Part shown: positions 38,342-51,092 of the stretch, piece after piece | Position numbering within the stretch: position 1 is the first letter of the stretch | Layout of the letters: each line of letters starts with the position of its first letter | Position numbers and translations under genes: made by a program | Notes under the pieces: model-generated | Databases searched by the model: none | Told to the model about the DNA's origin: nothing | The model's input: only the letters and a program-made list of their open reading frames with translations | NCBI GenBank assembly: GCA_038496445.1 | Contig: JALMLS010000508.1 | Span: forward strand, 1-64,000 | DNA length: 64,000 nt | Direction of reading: 5' to 3' | From: Trichosphaerium sp. ATCC 40318 | Lineage: Eukaryota; Protista; Tubulinea

Positions 38342-38907
38342 AGTAAAAACAATGCCAAAGGGTTGCTACACAGATTGTATTCAAGTGCTTTTATAAGTTT
38401 GGAAACTGTTTAAAGGCCCTTCAGACAATTTGTCATTCTAATACATAAAATAAATTTTCTGTACATTTAGAACCTATCTTTCAATCCTACTCATTCGCAA
38501 TTCACTTAACTAGACAAGGTTTGGAAGGCAATACATCAATGTATAGTGACTCTAGTGTGACACTAGATGTTGTTTTTACACTAGTAGCCATGTTAGATGT
38601 CGTCTAACCACGGCAGTTGACCTCTCCTTACTAACGTCTGCAATCCCAATAGATAAGTGTTGGGTGTTTTGGTTAAATGGAATACAGAGGCACACTCTGT
38701 GTTTTAAACATTAGCACAATACTGTCCAGCACCATAACACTGATGAATGACGTAGAGTGCCACTAATACCACATTACAGCTTTCAGTACTCTATGTTAGT
38801 TGATGAAAGTGACAATAGTGATAACAGTGATCAGTCCCCAAAATACAGTTAAAGTCAAGAATTGAACAAGAGCATGTATGATAACACAATTTTATTGCCA
38901 TACTACA

Positions 38908-40140
38908 TCAAAAAAATGTATTTTCACAAATTCTTGAACTGTTGAGGTGGACAGAGGCATCTTGTAGTGACTTTATAGCTTTATCCGTTAAAGATGTACC
39001 ATGGTAGTAAAGGGTGTGAACACTTTTCAAAACTTCAAGGCTTTCATCTGTCACACGCTCACAATAGCTTATGCTAATGGAATGAGCACCTGCCAGTGAT
39101 TTAATGCTTTCATCTGTTATTTTGCACGTTGAAAGATTAATTTTGTGCACACCTTTTAGTGCTTTGACACCTTCATCTGTTACTTCAGTGCCTAGTAAAC
39201 CAATGGTGTGAACACCTGCCAGTGATTTAACACCATCATCTGTTACATGCATACAATCTGTAAGACTGATTTTATGGACACCTTTTAGTGCTTTAAGACC
39301 TTCATCAGTTACAACAGTGGAATCTAATTGAATGGTATGAACGCCTGCCAACTCTTTGATACCATCGTCTGTTATATAATAACAATACCCAAGGTTAATA
39401 GAATGAACACCCCTGAGTGCTTTGATACCCACATCTGTAACTACAGTACCACTAAGGTTAATAGCATGAACACCAGCAAGATATTTCACGCCTCTATCAG
39501 TCACTGATCTGCACAAAGAAAGATCCATGGACCAAACATCTCCTAGTTCTTTCAGATCACAATCGTTAATATTATTTGAGCTGGCTTTGATATTATGGCA
39601 GCCTCTAAGAAATGAATGTGATGTCATATCTTTATTGCAACAGTTGATGATAATACTATTGATCATGATACCTCTGTACTGCCTAATCTTTAAGACATCA
39701 TAAGCGGTTTTAAGATACACCCTTTCGTATCCAACAATGTGGTGTATGATATCAGCCATCAAGTGACATGACTGAGCAACAGAGAATCTACTTTTCGCAT
39801 CTGTGTACTGTAGAATATTCGAAATAACCTCTGGTGGAAAAAATACAATATTGTTTTCACTGTGTATTGTCACGTTTATTCTTTTGTCGTTATTATGCGC
39901 AATATCCTTAGAACGTGTTAAAAAGGTATTGGTTACATCAGTGGTAACAGGAAGAGGTTGCTTAGAAATAAGCTGATCGAGATGATTTACAAAGGTAGTC
40001 TTGGTGGTATATACAATGCTTTCAAGCTGATTTATGAACGCAGTTTTGTACTCTTCTACCATTAATGCGTCTAACGCCTTTGTATGGGTTTGACGATAAT
40101 AAGCGAATGCTTGCTCTAATAAAACACCAGAGAAGTCCAT
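38908..40140 (-). CDS. F-box + LRR protein with an N-terminal helical extension
   Basis: ATG 40140 (MDFSG...), 'FFPPEVISNILQY' and about 9 LRRs. Confidence 0.9.
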   Translation of the reverse strand: MDFSGVLLEQAFAYYRQTHTKALDALMVEEYKTAFINQLESIVYTTKTTFVNHLDQLISKQPLPVTTDVTNTFLTRSKDIAHNNDKRINVTIHSENNIVFFPPEVISNILQYTDAKSRFSVAQSCHLMADIIHHIVGYERVYLKTAYDVLKIRQYRGIMINSIIINCCNKDMTSHSFLRGCHNIKASSNNINDCDLKELGDVWSMDLSLCRSVTDRGVKYLAGVHAINLSGTVVTDVGIKALRGVHSINLGYCYYITDDGIKELAGVHTIQLDSTVVTDEGLKALKGVHKISLTDCMHVTDDGVKSLAGVHTIGLLGTEVTDEGVKALKGVHKINLSTCKITDESIKSLAGAHSISISYCERVTDESLEVLKSVHTLYYHGTSLTDKAIKSLQDASVHLNSSRICENTFF

Positions 40141-42003
40141 GATTTGATGATCTTGAGCTATAGATTGTTTGTTTACCAAGTACGACTTTTTTTGCTTGTT
40201 TTGTGCCAAAACTTATTGGATGATGTACAAACACTCACACTCACACCCCACACCTACTCGTCCTATCAAAACACATGGCGCTTTCTATCTCTTTGTATAG
40301 GTTTTCATGTAAGCAATCACACAAGGTGGTATGAAGTTTATTAGAATTAGAAGCACCAAATTGCTGAAGCTTTCAAGCCAAGCTTGATTTCAAATTTACG
40401 GGGGTAAGAGCAACAACATCACCAATTTCCATCTCTCAAGGTATTCTATCTAACAGTCTACGATCAGTAAACTTGATGAAACTTAAATTAATTTATTGTG
40501 GCACACTAATCTCAGGCTTTGTAAGAACAATAGAAGTTACATAGCTGAACGTAAGTGTACTTTAGTTCAGTAACCTAAGTTGGCTATGCTTATTGAACTT
40601 AATAATGGTCATCACTATCACCTTGGAACAGTTCTCCGACTATTTTTAAGAACATTGTGGAAAGTACAACTTAAGTAGTGAAATTTTAGAGTTTTGAGCC
40701 ATGATAGAGGCAGACGTTGAATATCAATTTGTTTATTTCATGTAGGTTACATTTACAAAAAATTATCTTTACATTGATGGCAAGTCTCTTTGTACGTTAT
40801 CACTGTAAGAAAGAACTTTAGCCCTACGGGTACTAAACAAAGCTTGTTCATGGTCAGACCATATTGTAGGAGTACTCCATGTTGATTTCTTTACCATCAG
40901 CGAATGCAGCTTCGCCAATTTTCTTTGACAGATATGGCTTAGATGTTTAACATAAAGCTGTCTCAGCCTGATGATGGCGACCACAGTATCTATTGTCAAT
41001 ACTATAAAGACATTAGTTGATAGGTATTCCATGTAGATATAACATACAGCACAAAACCACAATATTATTTTCTATTATGTACTCTTTCCATTGAGCTGAT
41101 ACAAGGTAAGGAGTAATTGCGGTAATGAGGAACAAGGAGATGAAGATATGTTGTTGCATCTGTTTGAGTTTGAAAATAATGATTGTTTTCACGTTGATAG
41201 ATATTTGATTGATTTTTGGATCACTCAAAGTATGAATTCGTTTTAACAATGATTCGTGTGTGAAAGAAACGCACATTTTTATTGAGGTTACAATTATAAG
41301 CATACAGAAACAGGATTCAGTATTACACACAAGACAAGAGTATATCACTCAAGGAAAACAGTTCAAAGAATCCATTTGTCAAATCAATCAACAATGATTG
41401 AAATTCGCCAAAATAGTTCTTTTTCGCTCTACGTCACTGACATATATGACAAGCTCAATTTCACTCAAGATCTTGTTACAATGCTTCTACACATTAGTAC
41501 TCTGGGTGTACGATAAATGAAATGCTTGTTTGAGTACTACACTATCAATTTATTTCAATCTTACGTTTATTGTAGGCTCAACATGCAAAGACGTTGTTTG
41601 CTACAATAATTTCACCAAGTACCTATGCATCTAATACCCCTTCAACACATATCGCTACCACAGATCAAGATTCTTTTCAATAAATACAACGTGTAAGTAC
41701 TGATCAAGAGGTTAGAAAGGTTACTTTGGTTTAGTCCAATTTATTACTTCAACACGTGATTGCAACAAGCTCTTACAATGACAGACGAAAAAGCTCGTCA
41801 CTCTTTACATTAATACAACAACATGTTTGTTGACAATCTCGTGCAGTAAACGGCACGTTTGGGCTGTATGCATCCCACATTTAAGAATATGAACTATTAT
41901 TTTTGTAGAGAAGACAGATGTTGTTCCAAGGTTTAAAATGAGCATTTATGAATTAAAAGCAAAGGCAGGTTAACTGAATTAATCACGTGCACAACTATTG
42001 TTT

Positions 42004-42855
42004 TTATCCAGAGGCATACAAGGTGACACCTCTTGAACGTATGTCTTCTATTTGCTTCTCTGTAAATATATCATCACAAGCACATATGGTTTCGCATCCA
42101 CCTTCAACAAGTGCCATTATCCCTTCGTATGTTACATGTATACAAGCATAAACATCAACGTATTTAATAGCTCCTCCTTTTGCCAACGTCTTAAGACCTT
42201 CGTCAGTAACATTGCAACACTGCATCTCAACAGTATGGGCAGTTGCTAAAGCCTTAAGACCTTCGTCAGTGATACCACAACTATACAAGTTTATACTATG
42301 AACACCAGAAAGTGCTCGAAGTGTATCATCGTTAGCCATAGTATAAACAAGACTAATAGTATGAACTCCAGCTAGAGCATTGAACGCCTCACTGTTTGCT
42401 CTACAATGATGAAGATGAACTTCATGAACACCTTTAAGTGACTTTACAGCTTCATCTGTAAGATCACAATGAGCAAGAGTTATTTTGTGTACAGGTAGGA
42501 TAGCTTTGATGTCTTCTGGTGTAAGTTTCATTCCCGAAAGATCAATTTCGTGAACACCAGATAGTGCCTTAAAGTGCTCACGTTTTATTTTGCTGTGCGT
42601 CAAATTTATTGGCGTGTTCCTCAATACGCCTTTGTATTTCGATACCGTTTCAACGTCTTTGGCCCTTATACGGATAGGAGGGTACCCTACTATGTCGTGT
42701 ATGATATCAGACAGTTTTCTACACGTTTGAGCGATGATAAAGCGCATTGTGTCTGTTTTTTCTAAAATTGAAGCTAGAATTTCCGTTGGTAGGTTCAAGA
42801 GCATCTGGCTATCGTTTCCGAGCGTTGTATCGCCCTTTTCTGCACTTTCATCCAT
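42004..42855 (-). CDS. F-box + LRR protein (intronless)
   Basis: Likely start MDESAEKG; 'LLNLPTEILASILE...AQTCRKL'; LRRs 'GVHxIxL...TDEGLKAL'. Confidence 0.9.
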   Translation of the reverse strand: MDESAEKGDTTLGNDSQMLLNLPTEILASILEKTDTMRFIIAQTCRKLSDIIHDIVGYPPIRIRAKDVETVSKYKGVLRNTPINLTHSKIKREHFKALSGVHEIDLSGMKLTPEDIKAILPVHKITLAHCDLTDEAVKSLKGVHEVHLHHCRANSEAFNALAGVHTISLVYTMANDDTLRALSGVHSINLYSCGITDEGLKALATAHTVEMQCCNVTDEGLKTLAKGGAIKYVDVYACIHVTYEGIMALVEGGCETICACDDIFTEKQIEDIRSRGVTLYASG

Positions 42856-43823
42856 ATTACTAACAATAGCTTTAGTTTGGAGCTCTAATACTACAAACGG
42901 AGTCGTACTGATTACTAGATGCCATTTTTGTATTTTACGTTCTGTTTGTGAACATTTGTTTAAGTAAGGGTAACAGTCTTTTTTTGGCACAATCAAAACG
43001 TTGGTACAGTTGATGTTATTCTGCCACCACCAAGCAGGTTTGTACAACACTATCATTAGTTGTACGCTAGCGGCAGTGGTGGAAAGCCAATAATACTTAA
43101 GGCATACTTGTCATTAATTGACGTCCACGTGTTTTGACCAAAACTGACACTGTACTTGTCGATCAGAAGGAATTTTACAGCGAAAAGTCGACAGTTTCCA
43201 GTGTTTATCGCAGTTGGTGACGCGAGAGGTTCAGCAAACAAGAATACTGTATTTACAACAATACAATGGTGAAGGATTAATTCAAAGACTCAAAAAGTAG
43301 TGATTGGTGCTTTACCGGCTCTTTCAGAGTTTTTGATATTTATGCACTGTTTTTTCTTATTAAAAGTTGTATTTAGAGATAGAGCACCTTATGTAACTAA
43401 CTTCAGAGTTAGAACTAACTAGACATCATCTTATGCAAAGAGCTCAAAGTGTGTTCGCAAAAACGTTTATTTTCTTTTTTTTGAAATTATTTCGAATGAA
43501 TTTTGTTTTTCTCTGTTTTGGAACTCAACGTCTGTTTTTCCGCTTCCTTCCACGTGTCTCATCCTTGTACTTTTGTTTTAACTTGTCCTAAGAATTGTAG
43601 TGAGTTTAAAAATTACAATATATAAGCAAGGTTCGCTATCAATGATAAAACTTAAAACAAAGACTAAACGAAGAAAAAAAAAAATAATGTTCACTAATTT
43701 TGTGTGAACAAAATCCTATCAACTACAGAATATTTGTGTCAAATAAACACGTGTTTATGTAAAGAAACAAAACAGAATTCTTGCATTGAAAAAAAAAGGA
43801 TGGTAGCGAGCTGCGCAAGTTGT

Positions 43824-43895
43824 TTTTTTAACCCGGAATCGAACCGGGAGAAATTCATTGACAGTGAAGTATGTTAACCGTTACATTATTAAAAG
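43824..43895 (-). tRNA. tRNA-Asp(GTC)-like gene with an atypical acceptor stem (possibly a pseudogene)
   Basis: 72-nt cloverleaf: D stem ATGT/ACAT, anticodon loop CT-GTC-AA, T arm CCCGG-TTCGATT-CCGGG, acceptor CTTTTAA/TTAAAAA; a T run about 25-35 nt downstream could be a Pol III terminator. Confidence 0.7.
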
Positions 43896-44097
43896 GAGGA
43901 AGCACTAACTCTTTAAATTGCATCCTGGTAACTCAAGGAAAGACTACTTGTTTTTGAATTGAACAAAACAAACGAAAATAAAAATTGTGGTTTTCTTTCT
44001 GATAATTTTCTCAACTTTTCCGAACAAAAATACGCCCGTAAAAGACAAGCTGCTTAACGTTTATGGACGCCATACAGTGTTATAATCATCACTCACG

Positions 44098-47000
44098 TTA
44101 TTTTGTTTCATAAAAAGCAGCAATACTCGAGAAATAACATAATTCTTGATTTTTCAATAAAATACGAAAACGAAAAATGAAAGGATTCTTGCGTTGTTTT
44201 AAAATAATATGTCGTACCTCCATAGTTGTAGGAAGAGTGAACATAACACTTCCAGTTGGTAAAACCTTCTTTTCTCCGAACTTTCTTCCTTTCTTTAATT
44301 TTTCAACACGTTGGTTGAAAGTGACCTTGTTCATGTCTACTTTGTTTACGCTTGACGCCTCATTCTCCTCAAGTTCTTCACGTGTAGGCATTGGGTTGTC
44401 CATATCCTATAAAATCTCGTTAATGTACTTGGCTATGACAAATAGAGAAACAGAACAAAGCAAAGGTTGAGCTGTACCTCAGCGTCAAAGAAGTGAAGTC
44501 TAGAGCGCTTAGAACTACGCTTTGTGCGGATTCCTTGCTCCATACCAAGAGCACGTCTTTCTTCTGCATCTTGTTGGTCTTTGACTAGATAGGGAGTAAG
44601 AAAAGGTTTAACAGCCGACTTATTGCAAACGTACATTGTTTATCAAGTTGTTGTTCAAACTCTGTTTTGTTGTCTTCATCTGAACTGTAGTAATCTGGTT
44701 TATTAACATCCTCAACAAAGCTATCCTCTTCTGATGAATCAGATAATTCACTATCATCAGAAACACCAAGCTCAGCAACATCCTCTCCTTCATAATTATC
44801 CAAGTCGAACTGAAAAGAAAAAAGGTAAGCCAAACGAAATAAAAAAATTAAAAGAAAACCTCACCTCAGCGTCCAACTCAGCAAGATCTGTTTCATGAGG
44901 ATCAAGTTTGAAAGCTGCATCACTAAGCTTACCAAATCTTGGATCTTGCTTGATATCCTTCGACTAAACAAAGAGTTAGCGCTCACAATATTATTTTTCC
45001 TGAAAAGGGTATACCAATCTTGTTGGCACAGTTCCTGAGAGAGTAGCAGGTTTAGATAACTGTTGTAACCGTTTTTGATCGATAAGACGAGACTCTCTTT
45101 TCTCTTGTAGTTTTTTATTTAGTCTATCTTCAAGCTCACTTGATTTCGCCTGTTGTTTAGATATACGACGCAACTAAGAAGAAAAAAAAATATCAGAATA
45201 AGAAACAACTGTTTTTAGGCTTACCCTATTGTACAAACTGCTGTTTATGAAAAAGCCGTGAATGTGTGCGCGTAAGTAAGGTGTTCCAATGAGTTTTTGA
45301 ATGCCTAGTCTATTGATATCATCCATACTCAAGAACTTATAATCTGTGTATATTTGAGGCTCCTTAGCCTTGTCAAGTTCTTCCTGTAGAAAAAAATAGT
45401 AAGAAAAAAAACTCTTCAGATGTTTTCTATGAGGTGTTCATGACGTACAGTTAATTTATCTAAAAATGAGCACCATTCTGGTGCTGGTCCCATAGAAGGA
45501 ATATAATATGCTTCCAGTTTAGGTTGCTCAAGTGCAACAAGAAGTAATCCTGAAGGAAAATGTCAAAATCAAAGAGTTCTTGATTTGTTCATTTTTTTGA
45601 ATTTCTTTTTTACTTACCAGTGTCTTCGATCATAAATGAATCATTCATGTTGTGCATACCACCTTCTATTGTAGCAAAAGTTTCAAGTGTTTCAGCATCC
45701 CATATCTTAACACTACACAATGATTAAGACCAACAACTAATAAGAAGGAAAAAAATACAGAATGCTCAAAAACTACGCGTACCATCGCCTACAGGTGGAT
45801 ACAATATTTCCTGTTTTAGTATGAAATCTTATATCTGTTATTGGTGTATCATAATTATGATCTTTTAAGCCCATAGGTTTTCTACATAATGTTAAAAAAA
45901 ATAACAAAGTTTTGCTTATAAATTTACCGAGATCTGATATCATATTTTACAATTTGACCACTTTCGCTACCAAGAGCTAATGTGAGTCCATTATCAGAGA
46001 ATCTCAATGATGTAACCTCTGGAACATCTTCAAGAAGACTACAATTGAACAAACATTAGGATTGAAGAGGTACAGACGGGGTTTTAAAATGTTCTTACTC
46101 ATCAGCAACCATTTGATAAATATCATTTCCAACAGGAAGTGTTGAAACAGCACGCTTATCACGTGGATCCCAGCACTCTAATAAACCTTCTTCACCAGCA
46201 AAAGCAAATAAAGAGTACGTAGGACTAATACCAATACACTAAAGTTGAAAATTAGAGAAAAGAGAACAAGCGGTTGCCTTTTGTGTTGGGTTTTTTTTGA
46301 ATAAAAAAAAAAACTTCAAGCAAAAATATCGTACGTTGACACCAGGTAGGTTCGTTTCAAATGGCTTCATGAAACGTCCAATATCAAGATTAAGCCTCCA
46401 TACAGAATTACCTTGTCCACCAACTAGTACATCACAAGTAGAATAGTGATAAGCCAAATCTCGTCCACACTGAAAACAAAGTCAGATTCTTGAACCAAAA
46501 AAAAACTTTGCATTTTCTCGTTGTCATTGTACCTTTGGTACACGCGTTGCGTAATAAGAACCGAACTTAGCATGAAACTCAATAAATCTGTCTTCACGTA
46601 AAAATACAAGTTTTGAAAAATCGTCAGAAAGAATCTAAATAGCGTTTTAGAAGATACTGGAGTGTCTGTGGCACCATGCAAGTGTTTTTAAGTTACCTGA
46701 AATTGAATTGCTTCGGCGTGTAAGACTCTATTAAATTTCTCTGACAGTTCTTCAACGTCAAAACACTTGAGTACAGGCGGGTATCCACCTACAGGTTTTT
46801 TGAATTAGTTTTTAATTTAAAAACTTATGGAACTTCTAAACGTTGTTTAAATTGCGTAATTCGTGCTCTCACCTGTAGCTATTATATGTTTGCCGTCTTT
46901 AGACACCTTCACTTTTGAAACAAACGTAGGAAACTGTAAATCTTGAACCAGGTCTATATTATTGCCTCTTACGCTGCCTAGTTGTATTTTTTAATATAAA

Positions 47001-47174
47001 CAATGCATAGTACGCAAAAATTCTCAAATTCAGAATAGGCGTAAACGTACTTGCTGCTAGTTTCCTTTTCTTTGCCTTACGCGCATTTTTACTCAACCAA
47101 TCAGGTATGGACATGCCATTAGAAACATTGTAAATAGTAACACCATTAGGGGCAATGCTATCTAAACTAGTCAT
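44098..47174 (-). CDS. NOL10: Nucleolar protein 10 / Enp2 (WD40 + NUC153), multi-exon
   Basis: 'NGVTIYNVS...IPDWL', 'IDLVQDLQFP', 'GYPPVLKCFDV', 'RLNLDIGRFM', 'YIPSMGPAPEWCSFLD', 'LRAHIHGFFI', 'DPRFGKL...FKLD'. The 3' end is approximate. Confidence 0.92.
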
Positions 47175-47276
47175 TGAAGGTGTATTCTGTCTATTTAGCA
47201 CATCGCAAACTACAGAATTTGGGCAGAAACGCTTTTTGCCAGCAAATCCAATAATTGTTGTGAAACACTTCGTACA

Positions 47277-48967
47277 ATGCATACAGGTATCTTCCTCACG
47301 CTAGTAGCGTGTTTGGCTGTAATTAATGCAGCGTATTCCGAATCTGAACTACACGAGAAGTTTACGCAATTTACGATACAGTACAACAAGGTTTATGAAA
47401 ATGCAGCTATAACGGCAGAGCGTTACGAGATATTCAAGCAAAACGTTTTCCAAATTGAACAATGGAAAAAAGAGAGCAAAGAACGAGGTCTAAATGGTGT
47501 ACCTGGCATCAACAAATTTGCTGATATGACACGCGAGGAGTTTAGAAGTAAAATGCTTCTTCCTGGCTTTTCAGGCGTAAAATTACCATGTTTGGGTCAC
47601 CCAGGATCCTCTGACGCTGTGGAAAGCACAGACAGCGATATTTTTATTGGTAAACAACGCGAAACCACTTCGGTCCAAGATGTCCCTGATTCATTCGACT
47701 GGAGAGACCACGGTACATACAATAAACGTTGAAACGCCAACGAACTAAAACGATACAAAAGGAGCTGTAACGCCGGCTAAAGATCAAGGTACCGCTGGTA
47801 CATGCTGGGCTTTTGGTACAGTTGGTAACATTGAAGGTAAATACAACAAAGCGAATACTTACGTTTGAAGCATGTCTATCGCTTACCGCGCGTATAGGCC
47901 AATGGTTTTTGAAGCACAAAGAACTCATATCTTTGTCTGAAGGTAAGAAAACTGCGCAGCTGTGTGGAATGTTACTTTTACGTTTAAACAACTAATTCGA
48001 TACACAGAACAATTGGTTGATTGTGATCCATTTGATTGCGGTGTTTTTGGAGGTATTTCTCCGACTTTTTTCTTCTTTGTTAAGCTGGCACTCACGTGTT
48101 ACCTAGGGTGGCCTTGTCGCGCTTATGAGTATATTATCAACGTTGGCGGACTTGTAACTGAGGAACAATATCCTTACTGTGTAGGAACAGGTACAATCCT
48201 CAAACAGCTGAAAATCACCGTCTAATGAGTCTAAAAGGTACATGCTATCCTTGTAATGCTCCAGGATGGAATAAAACATTCTGTGGACCAGGTACTTGCA
48301 ATAAACGTTTATTCTCTACGTGTTAATAATGAGGTAGGTCCATTGTACTGCAACAGCACAAAGTATCCTTGCAAGGCCAAGAAAGGTGATAAATTCGATG
48401 CTACCATTTCCGATTGGAAGTTGTTCTCTTCTGATGAAGACGAATTAAAGGCTGCGCTTTATACCAATGGTAAGTAACCTAAGATCAAAACTGCCTAGAG
48501 CAACTTATTGGAATTTCTTTTAGTTCCAATTTCTCATGTTCTACCTTATTGTTATGTTGTGTAATTCTATCAGTTTACCTCTTGTATAGGACCAATATCT
48601 GTTTTAATGGATGCTGATGGATTTCCTTCTCTTCAAAGCCACTCATATGGTATTTACGATCCATGGACTTGTGATAACACCGACTTAAATCACGCGGTAT
48701 TATTGGTTGGATATGGTCAAGATGGAAGTGATCCATACTGGATTGTACGTTAGATACTAGACTGTATTAAGGTAACTGTTTATTTCAAAAGGTTAAGAAT
48801 TCTTGGGGCAAAAAATGGGCTAACGACAACGGTTTCTTTAAACTCAAACGAGGTACATTTCTTTAACGGAAAAAAAAAAAAAAGAAATTGAACGAGAATT
48901 GATTTGTATTTTTCTAGGTAAGGGTACTTGTGGTATCAATGTTATACCTACATCAGCTATTGTATAA
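47277..48967 (+). CDS. Papain-family (C1A) cysteine protease with an I29 propeptide, multi-exon
   Basis: Signal peptide, ERFNIN-like 'ERYEIFKQN', 'NKFADMT', 'DWRDHG', '[10 protein letters not shown]', '[11 protein letters not shown]', 'YWIVKNSWG'. Confidence 0.93.
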
Positions 48968-49499
48968 TTATTAATACAAAATTGATTTACAACTCTTTCT
49001 GAGTACGTAAGTAAGATAAACAAACCAAAACCAATACATTTTTTTTCGAATTTTTTGATTGGCTTCAATGACAGTTGACACATTGCATTTTTCACATGAT
49101 CTTCCAAAAAACCATTGCAAATCACTTCAACATATTCTACATCGTTATGACACATATGTTGGATCGCTTTAAGACATCGCAATGCTTTATTCACTGGCCA
49201 TTTTTTTTTCCCTTCTGTAGTCACTTCACAAGGTACCTGCATATTCTTTCGCGTCGTTAGGAGCCTAAGATACTATTTCACGCCGATTGCATTGTTTTTC
49301 GTCAAAGTTATCGTTTTCCAAACATCTCCGGCGTTTTGTTGTACCCGACAAAGAAGAAAACTACTTGATCAAGTATTCACGTCATTAGTGCATTGTGTTG
49401 GCGCTGTTTGAAGTGTTTTGAAGCACTTTACAAAGTTCTCGTGAACTTCTTTTTTTAGTCATAATTCGTTGTAATCAACTCAAACTAAAGCCCAACGTT

Positions 49500-50744
49500 A
49501 TGAGGTTACTAGCTATTGCGCTAATAGCCCTTCTTGGCGTTGTGTACACACAAACATTCTCTATAATGACGTCGCAATCACTGCGAGCATGCGCAGGATG
49601 TCGTAAGTCCATGTACGATGGCAAATTCAAGTATTGCACTGGTTACTTTCCTTCTGCGACTATGAAAGGCTGTAGATGGACAGGAGGTAATGGAGAATGC
49701 GTATTTCCGCCTCAAAAGGTTGTAACACAGCCTGAATGTCAAGAACTTTGCAGAAAAGACCAAAGATGTCGTTTCTACAAATCATACGCAAATGCTATTT
49801 GCAACCTTCATTACATGGAAGAGTGCAACCTAGTTGAAGGTTTTGGTATTGGAGATACATACAGAAAGAATGTTGCACCTCCACCTGTACAAAGGTTTTC
49901 GGTCGTTAAAATGGACGGTACACTCCTTACTCTGTCAGCTGGAAGATTTCTATGGGGAACAAATAAGGGAAATAACATCTACGTTCGAACAGATAGCTCA
50001 TGGAGAAGTGTCGGTGCTGGTATGAAACTGGTTTCTTCCTCACCTACTGGGCTTGTTCTTGCTCTTACGACAACTGGTTTTGTCGCGCAACGTACTGGTA
50101 TTACTGTACGTCCAGAATTCAGTTCTTGCTTTTTTTTTTTTTTTGGGTTGACATTTTTTTTTACTTCTTTTAGGCTTTTGCACCTCAAGGCACAAAGTGG
50201 CTGTTTCAAGGTATGACTAATGTAGTTCATCTATCTGCTTGTGCTTTCAATACAGTATGGGCAACGCAGTCAACAGGCGTTGTGATGTATCGTAACTCTA
50301 TCCAAAAATGGGTCAAGGTACTATGTGTTTCGCGAAATTGTGACTCTTCTCTTCTCTACCAACTACTGAATGTAGTAATCTAATACACTTTAGGTACCAG
50401 GAACTACAATGTTCGAGGTATCTTGTACCCCAGAAGGACATGTATACGCCATAAACCGGGGTAGAAGGCTCATGATGCGTCAAGGAACAACAATTACAAA
50501 TCGCATGGGAACTGGTTGGGTTCTAGATCCAAATGCTAGTTTCAGTGCTTTGTCACATGCTGTTTGTGTGCATGGTGTTTACTACGTTGACACAGCTGGA
50601 CGTCTATGGAGGAAGGCTCCAGGTAAAGATGTTTACCAGTTTATTTCTGGTGTAAGCCTTTTGAGAAAAGTAACTTGTGGATACCCATTTCAACTTTATG
50701 TTGTTAATAGTTCAGGTTCTATCTTCAAGCTCAACTTTGTGTAA
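49500..50744 (+). CDS. Secreted lectin-like protein: Cys-rich PAN/apple-like region + tectonin-type beta-propeller repeats
   Basis: Signal peptide; 'CQELCRKDQRCRFY...CNLH'; repeats 'LWGTNKGNNIYVR', 'QRTGITAFAPQGTKW', 'VYAINRG...RQGTTITNRMGTGW'; two introns. Confidence 0.75.
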
Positions 50745-51092
50745 TAAACGAGAGGACACATTTATTGCATTTATCTCACTTGGTTTTTTATTCTGTTTAC
50801 TCTTTGTGAACTTATTGCTGTTTATTTTTATTGTCCCATCCTAAAAACTCTAATGTTGAGCACGTGCTGTTGAGTACGCATTCATAGAAAAAGCAAAGAA
50901 AAACAGCTTCTGGCTGTATGTTTGAGCAATAAAGATACTTGTAATTTAGTCGGCTGAGACGGTAAAAGTGGATTAATTGCACCTTTTTTTAGATTCTGAC
51001 TTTTGGCTAGCCTGAATTAAAATATTGGTCTAGAAATCCGCGGCTTCACGTGATTGCACTGCTATTTTGAACAATTACAAGTGAGCCTAGAA

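Noticed and set aside
40769-41348. Small secreted protein gene (MQQHIFISLFLITAI...)
   Set aside because: There is a signal-peptide-like start but no consistent frame or splice model; at best a decayed gene.
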